Below are positions 53,330-64,000 of a DNA stretch of 64,000 nt, piece by piece; position 1 is the first letter of the stretch, and the number at the start of each line of letters is the position of its first letter. The notes beneath the pieces are model-generated. The model was given only the letters and a program-made list of their open reading frames with translations, was not told the DNA's origin and ran no database searches. The translations under genes were made by a program, and so were the position numbers. Source of the stretch: Paragordius varius (taxonomy: Eukaryota; Animalia; Nematomorpha); NCBI GenBank assembly GCA_964247055.1, contig OZ176055.1, forward strand, positions 2,728,001-2,792,000, read 5' to 3'.

Positions 53330-56300
53330 ATGGAAAAATTTCTAGTTTCACCGTATAATCTTAAAATACGGATATTTTTAGTTTTAATATTATCTTGTCT
53401 ATTTTTATACCTTATCCTTAACGATGAAGTCAGTAATTTCATATTTGGTGATTTATTTACACCCGAAAAATATCCTTACGATTTAATTTCCGATTCGAAC
53501 CGAGAATCTCACGAAACTTTGACAGGATTAAAGATTAGTGGGCAAACTTTCCTGCTAAATAACAAAGAATTTACTATACTCAGTGGATCTATACATTATT
53601 TTAGAGTACATCCTGATTATTGGTATGATAGATTGCTAAAACTACGGGCAGCTGGATTAAACACCGTTACCACGTAATTTTTGGACATTTTTAAATTTTT
53701 TTAATTTATATAAGATAAATTTTTATTTCAGATATGTGCCATGGAATATGCATCAAATGTGCCCAAATTGTACTCTAAAGTTTGATGGGATACTAAATTT
53801 ACGGTTTTTACATTTAATCCTTCATTTTGAATTTTTTACATAATTCTTTATATTGCATGTACATGCCTTTACCAATGCCTTCATTCTATATTGCATTAAT
53901 ATTAATATTCAACGTGTGAAATATATATAAACTCTCCTTTTAAATTGATTGGATCATTAGGTTTAAAATTAATATTCATATAATATAAAACATCTTTGTG
54001 TATAGTCGATTTTTATTTCTTGCGCGACAATTGGGACTTTTTGTCATATTACGTCCCGGACCCTACATATGCGCTGAATGGGATTTGGGTGGATTACCCA
54101 GGTTTTTTATGCATTTTTTTTAATTTTTATTTATGCATTATCAAAACTATTTTTTAATTTATACAATATAGTAAAAAATATCTTAAAAAAAGTAATTGAA
54201 CATAATTCGTTATTATTATTAATCTATTTTCATTTATGATGACATTAGCTGTGTCCTCCCATATTTCTTAAATAAATTTAATAAATTTGTTATTTTTATT
54301 GGTATAAATTCCATAAAAAGAATGTCAAAATTTTCTTATGGAGAAAAGTAGCGTTTGTATATGTCTTTTACAATAAGTTATTGTTTTTGGTATTTTTTTT
54401 TATTTTCCAAACAAATAAACTTGTATAAATACGACAATATAAATTTTTAAATTATGTAATATAATTGTCTAAAAATCGATCATGGGATCAATTGGTAAAT
54501 AACTATACCAAGTGGAAGAAATGCCTTGAACAATATGGAATAATTATAAACGCCACAAAAACAAAAATAATGATAACGGGTGAAAGTGAAACACCCAGAT
54601 ACCCCAGTTTCATTTGCAGTAAGGAAGTACGTTCGAATTCCAATAAATGCATATTATGTCAAATGTGGGTACACAAAAAATGCTCTAAAATAAAAGACAA
54701 GTTAACAAATGTAATAAATTTTAAATGTTTAAATTGCTTAGACCCAAGCAATAAGGATTTTAATCGACCAAAGCTACTTTACATTGATGGACATGACATC
54801 GAATTGGTTGACTCTTTCGTATACCTAGGAGATGTCATATCATCTCAGGGAAGCCCACAAAAGGCTATCAAAAGAAAAACACAACAAGGTTGGATAAAAT
54901 ATAATCAGTTATAATATGTTTTCCAAAACAAAAATGTTAACAATCGTAATAAATGGTATCTTTACAAGGCAGGAATAAGACCTGCTCTTACCTATGGTTC
55001 TGAAACCTGGGCATTAAACAAAACAAATCAAACAAAACTCCTAACCAGTGAGAATCGAATACTCAAAAGCTGCTTTCGTACACCAGAAATACCAACTTTC
55101 ATTAAAAAAACCGACAAAATTGATTATATCATTCAAACTAATAGATTGCGTCTCTACGGTTATACTCAGAGAAGAGACGCCACCCATCCTTTAAAAACTG
55201 TTGAAAACATTAATGTTGATGATAATGATAATATAAAAATGGACTTGAATCAACGTAGCCTTTCCACAGAACAATGTAAAGATCGTAATTTATGGAGGAA
55301 ATTACTTCGTGGATACAAAACCCCGAATATGGAGTCCTAATATTATCCATCCAATTGTCTAAAAATAACTCTACACAAACTTTTTTAAACATCTTAATTC
55401 TTCCTATTTTAATTGAAAATCAATACTTTTAGTTGGTTATTAGCTCACCCCGACATTAAGTTGCGTTCTATCCAATCTCCCCAATATACTAGCGCAGTTG
55501 ATACTTATCTCAAACAATTATTTGCACACATTCACGATATGCAATACACACATCCAAGTGGTCAAGGCTCTATCATTGCATTTCAAGTCGAAAATGAATT
55601 GGCTTCATACTATGTTTCAGGCACCAAAGTTCTGTTCAAATTTAAATTATTTATGTAAAATTATACTCATTGCTAAGTTTTACATTAAATATTGCCCGTA
55701 GAAGCATATACACTAAAGAGAATTATTATTGGCTAATAGCTAGAAAAATCAAAGAAATAACAACTCAAGTTAATAATATTTTTCTATTAGTCATTTTTTC
55801 TATAAAAATTAAAATTTGAAGACAAAACTAAAAAGTAAATGACAAATATTTTTTAGTAAGGAAGACCTTATTTTATCCGAGTTCTTAACAGAAATTAGTT
55901 AGATTATCTATTTTACATATACCATTTACAGTTCAAATTCACCCTTGAACAATTCAATTCACCCTCGAACAATTTAAATTCACCCTTGAACAATTCAAAT
56001 TCACCCTCGAACAATTCAAATTCACCCTAAAAATAAATTATGTGTTTTCGAACTAATATAACTCATTATTAATATAAAATATATCTTTATGGCATAATTA
56101 ATTATTTTTTTCAGTATTATTTTAATTTAAAACAAAATTTTATTTTTTAAAAATATAGATAATTTTTAATCTTAAAAAACATGTTATTTATTTGAGGGTG
56201 AATATGAATTGTTCAAGGGTGAATTTGAATTGTTTAAGGGTGAATTTGAATTGTTTAAGGGTGAATTTGAACTGTAAATGGTATATTATTTCGGAAAAAT

Positions 56301-56837
56301 CAAAATAACACTTTTTCTGCATAACCAAATTACATTCTTCTACTGATGAAAAAAAGTTTCATAACTTCAATTTTTCCTGCATAGGATGATAAAAAAATCG
56401 AAGCATTATTACCAAATTTTATGGATGCAAAACGTTACCTTTCTTGGCTTTATAAAAAGTATCGGGAATATGGAATCACAGAATTTTTATTCACATCGGA
56501 CGGCACAGATTTATACGATAATGGAAAAGCCGCTAAATTGATACATAATTTAAATGGTAATTTTTTAATTTATCTTTTTTTGGACAAAATAGTTGGAACA
56601 TTATTAGTGCATACCTATAATTACATTAATTGTGAAATACTTATTTATACAAACAAAAATTTTAATAATATTTTTTTAAGGGAAGGAAACTGCTCTGTAA
56701 TTTGACTTTTTTATTTTGGATGGACTTTTATTTCCCAAAATGTCTTGGCCATTTAAGAATTTGGACATATTTTAAATGTTAATCTAACTGGTTTATTGGT
56801 TTTTTATTTGACATAACTCATTAATACCTGGTAAGGG

Positions 56838-56899
<62 letters not shown>

Positions 56900-59800
56900 T
56901 TTTTAAAAAAAATATTAGTTTTGGGAGGAGTAAATTTTCAAAAACATGCACTTAAAGCCATTCAAGTTATGAATCGAGTTCAAGGAGAAAAACCCTTGTT
57001 TGTTGTAGAATATTGGTCTGGTTGGTTTGATCATTGGGGAGAAGGTGTACATAACACTTTTCCTCAAAAAAGTAAGCCCTATTTTCAATTTTTTTTAAAG
57101 GGTTTGCAAGTGTTTTGTAGAGCTAAGCTTCTATAAAAATGGCACATTTTTTGAGAAATGTATAGATTATTATTAAAGTTTCGGGAGTCATAAAGTTTAA
57201 AAAGCCACATAATTGTTTAGTTTTTAAATAAAAAGTTCCCTGAAATATATCTATAACTTGTTATTTTATCAGATTTATGGAGTTTATTAAGAGAGCTAGA
57301 TTATATAAATTTGATTAGCTTTTATATAAAAATGATATCATTTCTATTAAATCAATACACAACTATTTATTATATTAAATTTGGACGTTTTTGTTAGTAA
57401 TTGGTTTAGTTTTTATAAAATAAAATATGTAAAACTTATAACATATGTCGAATAAGTTAAAAATATCTTTTATAAAAATATTATGGTATTAAAAAATTTA
57501 AGCCCCACCAAAAATATACAATTTTTTAAATTTACCTATTAAACAATTTAAATTAATACTTTAACAATTCAAATTGATCTAAAATAAATTAAGTGTTTTT
57601 TAAATAATTACTTATATTTTTATTATTTTTTAAAATGTAATTTTGTTCAAAATTAAAATAATACTGAAAAAATAATAGACCTTGCCATAAAGATTTATTT
57701 CTTATTAATGATAATTTTATATTAGGAAAACAAATCATTTATTTTTAGGGTAGGATAATTTTGAATTGTTCAAGGGTGAACTTAAATTGTAAATTGTATA
57801 TATGTTTTATTTCCTATGACTATTCGAAATTTCGTAACATAAAACATCAAATTTTAAACCATATTTTTAAGCAACAATTGATTGAGTTTAATCTATTTGA
57901 GTTATCAAAATTTATTTTATAAAAAACTCACATATAGCATTTGTAATGAATGTGGAAAGTATCTTTTTACATGGTGGATCAATCAATTTCTACATGTTTC
58001 ACGGGGGAACAAATTTTGGTTTTTGGAATGGTGCTAATTATATTTCTTCTCCCAATTCAAACGATCTGGAAAAATATATTTATACACCAACTGTCACTTC
58101 TTATGGTATATATATTTCTTTTTCTTTGTTTTGAGATTTTTTTCAATTTTAAAACTTTAAAATTTTAATTCTGTGATATTTGGTTGTTTTTAATTTCTTA
58201 AATTAATAATTGATGAATATATACTTGTTTTGTCAATATAATTTAGATTACGATGCACCTCTGAGTGAGAATGGTCTATACACTGAAAAATATAAAAGTT
58301 TGCGACAATTAATTAGTAATCATTCACGGCATTTTGGACAATATTCTGGTATTTTTTTTATTTATAAAAATATATTTTGCTTAATTTTATTGGACATTAC
58401 ACATATATTTGATGGTGTTTGCGAAAAATTTGGGCATTATAAATCTATTACTAAAATCTGGCCAACAAAGTCCTATTTAACAGAAAAGGTCAGTTTCTAA
58501 TGATCTGTAAAATCATTAGTTGTACACAAAAGGGTATATGTTACCCTAAAAAATCGCCTCACCACGAAGCTTAAATATTACATATGAATTACTTCGTGGT
58601 ATGAAAACTCCGTATCCGGAGTCTCTTACCCATCATGATTCTAATTATGTAAATTTTTATAGTATGAAAATCTTTTCCCCATTTTTTTAAATTGTATTAA
58701 CATTTTTTTCTTTAAAAGAAGACTTTTTAATAATTTAAAACGTTTTGATTGTGTTTTTTGATTCGAATTATTTGTAAATTAATTTTATTAATTACAATAT
58801 TTTTTTAATGTGATATAATGTTTTTTATGATATAAAAAAAGGTGATTGTCTGCTGATATTTTTTTTGTACAATTTTTTTAAATTAATAGTTAGAGTTTTT
58901 TTATCAAACTGACACTTTTTTGATGTTTTTGAGAGTTATCGACAAAAAAATGAAATTTATTTTTAGTCCCAAAGAATTTGCCCACAATCCCATATACTAA
59001 ACCAGCCATAGCTTATGGTATAATATTAATATATATATTTGAAAAAAATATTTAACCTAACAAAAAAATATTTTGTTTAATTCGTAAAATATTAAATATA
59101 TTTTTTTGTTTGCCAATTCAGATCCCATTATGATCGTACAATACATGGATCTAGATTCCATTTTATCATTCGTTGAGGTAGTTATAAAAATCTATTTTGA
59201 ACTTATTGAATTTCTGGGAAATTTTTTATTTAATATATATTTTGTTAGTTACCTTTCAGTTCAGAAAAACCACTTTTTATTGAGGAAGTTATGCATTATT
59301 ACTATTTTGGAGAAAATAGTAGACATACTATAGATCAAGGCTATCCTCAAACTATAATATCTGGCATGGGATATATACTCTATCGAGGATTGATAGGTAA
59401 GGCAGCCGCAATATAATTATATTTAAAAAATCATAATTTTGATTAAACTAGGCAATTTAAATTATAGCTTAGTTTTTACATAATTAACATGGTGGTCTTA
59501 TAAAAGGGTTTTATTTATTAAACCTCCCAACATATTTTTGTATTGGAAAAAATTTTTAAATGTAAAAATGTTATTTTTTTAATGTATAATTTTAAAGGAT
59601 CTATCTAAATCTTGTTGTATGGGCTTAACGATCAAATAAAACCAAATTTTTATTTTTATGAATTTTAGGATTTAAATTATATTGAACAACAAGTTGTTTG
59701 GGAATAATAATCTTATCATGATTTAGCATACTTTTTATCTTTTTAATCTATTGTTTTGCTGTTAAAATTGGTATTTTAGCGTAAAGTTTTAAAATTTAGA

Positions 59801-62800
59801 TTTTATTTCTTCGTTTAAAGGAGTTTTTTTAACCTGATCAAATTTTTTATTGAAAAATTGCTTACTTTTTTGCTTTTTAAACATTCAAACATTCCAATCT
59901 ATTCTATATCAAGATTCAAGTTTTGAAGAAAACAATTTTGTATGGCCTGTGGACTCTCACTCCAATTTCCATAACATTAACAATGATTTAAATAGCATTA
60001 ACAACAATCCCAATCAAATTACTATAGAGTTGTCAGGGGGTCGTATTGCCGATAGATGTGATTTCTATTGGCATCGAACATTAATTCACATTATTGAAAT
60101 GAATACAGGAGGTATAATATATGTTTTCCATAAAATTTGAGCACATAAATTTGAAATTAGTAGAGTTTACAATGTTTTTATAAAGAGGATTGCAACTTAT
60201 ACTAGCTTAAGACATCCATTTTTTGCATAATAAAGTTAACCTAATCTTTTGAAACTTTATTTATTTAAGCCTTTAAATTTGTGGTAGCCCATATTTTAAA
60301 CTCTATTCGTTTTAGTCTCCTATAAGGATCTATGGTTGACTTTATAAATTAAAATAACACTGTAAATGTATAAAAAATATATATGCAGTTTAAAATTAAA
60401 TTTTTCAATGCTGTTTTTTTGTAATATCACATGATTACTTATTTGAGTAGATGTGTTAATAGATTACCCTAACATTATATGTTGACCGATATAATATAGA
60501 ACTGTAAATAATAAGGATTTTAAAATATGGCTTCTATATTCAAAAATAATGGGCTATATTTATTCGGTAATTTTACCTTTTACTGCTGAAATTCCTCTAT
60601 CTCATACTAAATACTTGCACTTTTATAAATTATAATTCTATTTTTACTCCTATATGAAAATTAAATTTGGTTTGATTATTCTTTAGCACAGCTAACCACA
60701 TCATTCCCAAAAAATCATGATGAAAATTTTGTTGGTTATAAATTTCAATATTTGCCACCGTTACGCAAACTGTTTAATACGAATAATAATGATATTCCTT
60801 CAACAAATAAGATTGATGGAGCGTTTTATTATTATAATGAACATGGAAAAAGTATAGATGCCCCTATCAATTTAATCCAAAACAATGATATTATTCAAAA
60901 AGAGAATTCAGAAGATCAAGTCTCATACATAGCCTTAGATATGTTGGTTGAAAATTTGGGCCGTATAAATTTCAATTATTATGGCGATGATATGGCTAGT
61001 AAGGCACCACAATTTTTGCTTTCAGAACAGAGGAAAGGTAGGCTGAAAAAAAAGATAACATATATTTCAATTGGTTTATTTATTAATTTTGGAATTATTT
61101 AAATGCAATAATTGAATTTATTTTAAGCATGAATTTTCGATTTCTACAAGTTCCTTATCAAATGTAAAAATAGAATTAAAAGAAAACTAAAAATATATCT
61201 TAATTACCTTGTGCTGATAATACATTTTTCGGATTTTTAAATAAGGTTTAGTACTTTTGAAAGTAAAGTAAAATAGTGAACGATTAAAAAATGTATATAT
61301 TTATTTATTTTCTCAATATGTATAAAAGAATAATATTTAAATATAAATTGCTAGTTTTAAGATTCGAATGGAGGGTTTTCACATTAATGCATTTTTGAAA
61401 ATATCGCTAATAAAAATAAATAATTTCATTAAATAACATTTTTTACATAAATAGGGTTTTCGGGTCAAGTCATAATAAATGGAAAAAATATTAAACGTTG
61501 GGTAATTTATCCGCTAGATTTCACAGAAGAATGGATGACAGGGTATTATTTAGAATTAACTTTTAAAATTTTGTTCGATGCGCATATTTAAATACTTAAT
61601 TATGGCTTATTTTGATTTAAAATAATCAAAAATAAATATATTGATACCGGTTTCCTGTTAATTTTACTACTATATAAATATATTAAACCGCGAATAAGCC
61701 TCAAATAATATATTAAAATATGCAGCATACCTAGAGATCAATTTAAACAATTTCCACAAAAAGCAAACCTATTGCGAGTCCCTGGATTTTTCATCGCCTA
61801 CTTATACATTTCGCAAAATACGCCTTCTGATACATTTATTAACATGAAGGTAAGTTTTACTTTAATAGCATTCATTTTTTGAAAATTTGTTTACTTTTGT
61901 CATCCTTATAAAATAATGTTCAATTTTTTTAGAATTTTTAACACTGTATTAAAGGATTATAAATCTGCAATAAATCATTGAAAAACATAAAAGGTCCACA
62001 TGTAACTTTATATTACAAATTATTTAATGGTTTTTTTCAAAAATTAACCAGTTTCCGGGTATGTTACTTTTTTGACATAAAGGTATTTTAGTTTAAGATT
62101 TGTAAATGTCATTTCAATCATTCAACATACTAGGGGTGTCTTTATTTAATTTATGTTTAGGGTTGGAAGAAAGGATGTGTTTTTGTCAACAATTTTAATG
62201 TTGGACGTTATTGGATTGGGATGGGTCCTCAACAAACGCTGTATGTTCCGGCACCACTCCTTAAGCCCGGTGTTAATGAAGTATTTTGTAAATTTATAAT
62301 TGTCGCAATTTTTTGGTTAGTCTCTGGTTTCGGTTATATTTTTTATATTTTTGGAAAAAAGCCGTTTTGGACTAAAAAAGGATTTTTTATGCAGATATTT
62401 TGGTTTTATTTCCATTATTTTTTACAAAATCTAACGATGGCTTTAATTTAGGTTTTTTTAGATTTATAGCCAAATTATTTACTACAATGTGTAAAATTAG
62501 ATAAAAATTTTAAACATATTAAACAACAAAATTTTATGGTGCTATGTTTTTCTAAAAAAAGCATTATACAAACAAAAGAATATCATTATGTATAATCTAA
62601 AAATAAAATCATATTTTTGGATACATTTACAAAAAATTAAGAAATAATCAAAGTAATTTGATTTAGAGCACCAAACATTTAACCATTTGTCGGAGTTAAT
62701 AATTTTTTAATAATATTATTATATATTTTATTATTTAGATTATAGTGTGGGAAACTGAGCATGCTGGAAGTACGATACAATTTTCTAATGGACATATTTG

Positions 62801-62816
62801 GACTGCTAAATCCTAA
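53330..62816 (+). CDS. Glycoside hydrolase family 35 beta-galactosidase (GLB1-like) with N-terminal signal anchor, about 17 exons
   Basis: [28 protein letters not shown]|[34 protein letters not shown] (acid/base Glu), [13 protein letters not shown] (nucleophile Glu), [15 protein letters not shown]|[55 protein letters not shown]. Last exon 62739-62816. Confidence 0.93.
54470..55340 (+). mobile_element. 5'-truncated RTE-clade LINE remnant in beta-galactosidase intron 3
   Basis: [13 protein letters not shown], a Cys-rich CxxC..CxxCxxWVHKKCS..FKCLNC insert, [34 protein letters not shown]. Confidence 0.85.
55921..56282. mobile_element. Foldback MITE, small family, best-preserved copy (third decayed copy at about 57525-57800)
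   Basis: ATAT|ACCATTTACAGTTCAAATTCACCC at the left and GGGTGAATTTGAACTGTAAATGGT|ATAT at the right. Five and four 21-bp repeat units in the two arms. Confidence 0.9.
56842..56894. repeat. (AT)n microsatellite
   Basis: Pure TA dinucleotide tract; shorter ones lie near 26870, 36260, 44005 and 49760. Confidence 0.95.
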
Positions 62817-63761
62817 TTTTTGATCTTATTCTATATGCTATGTTACACAAATTCGACATTCCGCATATTAATCGCTATAATTTCTAACTTACAAATCGAA
62901 AATCTGTGCATTTATATTATTTATTTTCTGTGATAAACTTTTTAAGGTGCTTTTTTACATGCCAGTATTATATTTCAAATTTTCTATACAGTAACGAGCA
63001 CTTTTATAGGCCATTGTATTTTGAATGGCTTAAAGGGTATTTAATTTACTTGTCTGAGTAGCTATGTATAAGATTTTTGGGTTTTATAAGTTACATTTCG
63101 AAAATTGTGGAGAAAAACTTTAGTGCTTAATTATACAAATAACTAACAAAATGAAATATTTCATACATAGCAACAGACATTAAATTAATCTTTTTAGCCA
63201 TTCATTGATCGGCACTTTTTATTTTGGGGATTGATAATATATATACAATCATTATTGATCATATTTATTTAAACATTTATTTATATTTTGGCAATATAAT
63301 ATATTATATATTAAAGTTTTAGCTCACACATATTGGGATAAAATGCAATTTTGTAGCTAATAAATTTGGTCATCTAATATATTCGTATTAAAAATGGAAT
63401 TTTATCTTTCGGTTTTAGGGGTGTTTATTATCCATAAATTGTGTAGAATGATTAAAATAAATGGAACTATCATACAGTTAAAATTATTACAGACAGAACG
63501 TAAAAACATAAAGACACAAAAGTTATTTTCAAAAGACCATACTTCTTTAAATCCTAATTTTATGTACACAAATTATTTATTTACAATTATAACATCATAA
63601 TTGATTACAGTAACAATTTACATCTCTATTTATATTATTATAAAACAATGAGTTAGTTTTATTTTAAAAATCAAAAAGTACAACGGTCTTTAAGAAAAAA
63701 GTATTTGTCCTTATTTTTTCACGTTGTCTGTATAATTTTTATTTTTACTGTAAATATCGGA

Positions 63762-64000
63762 TTAATCAATTATTTCACAGATAACTTGCAAGCCAGGCCT
63801 GGGATAATTACTAATATTTTTATTGAATCGTGTATTTTCAGGGGTTCTAGGGTAAAAATCACCATCGCATAACCGAAACCTTAAACCCGAACAAAGCATC
63901 AAAGCTAAAATCGTTTTGATTTCTAACATAGCGAAACGCATGCCCAAGCAGTTTCGTGGCCCCTGTCCGAATGGCATAAAATTGTATTGTGCATCTCGGT
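63762..64000 (-). CDS. Cytochrome P450 (CYP3 clan-like), final exon; the gene continues beyond the window
   Basis: Heme-binding signature FMPFGQGPRNCLGMRFAMLEIK, with the stop at 63762. Confidence 0.9.
   Translation of the reverse strand, partial: RDAQYNFMPFGQGPRNCLGMRFAMLEIKTILALMLCSGLRFRLCDGDFYPRTPENTRFNKNISNYPRPGLQVICEIID

Overview
AT-rich, intron-containing eukaryotic DNA from an invertebrate metazoan; the species cannot be named from the sequence. By manual translation and splice-site walking the window holds seven protein-coding genes: intronless PIGB (+), intronless EXOSC5/Rrp46 (-), a 14-exon INTS3 (+, about 2250 aa), a PKNOX/Prep TALE homeobox gene of about 17 exons (-), a 6-exon SMNDC1/SPF30 (-) that the ORF track misses, a GH35 beta-galactosidase-like gene (+), and the last exon of a CYP3-clan P450 (-) that runs off the window. 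Introns and intergenic DNA carry transposon debris: two RTE LINE fragments, hAT elements (one complete with an 8-bp TSD), a tRNA-derived SINE (one complete with a 20-bp TSD), a probable Helitron, and two foldback families that share termini and 21-bp subterminal repeats. The most unusual signal is in splicing. SMNDC1 requires removal of 23-nt and 26-nt GT-AG introns, PKNOX probably has a third (26 nt), every other modelled intron is 58 nt to 3.6 kb, and about a quarter of donors begin GTT. The SMNDC1 and beta-galactosidase start codons are only 52 bp apart, head-to-head. Gene models are manual and protein homologies are recognised from remembered motifs; no alignment or database search was run.
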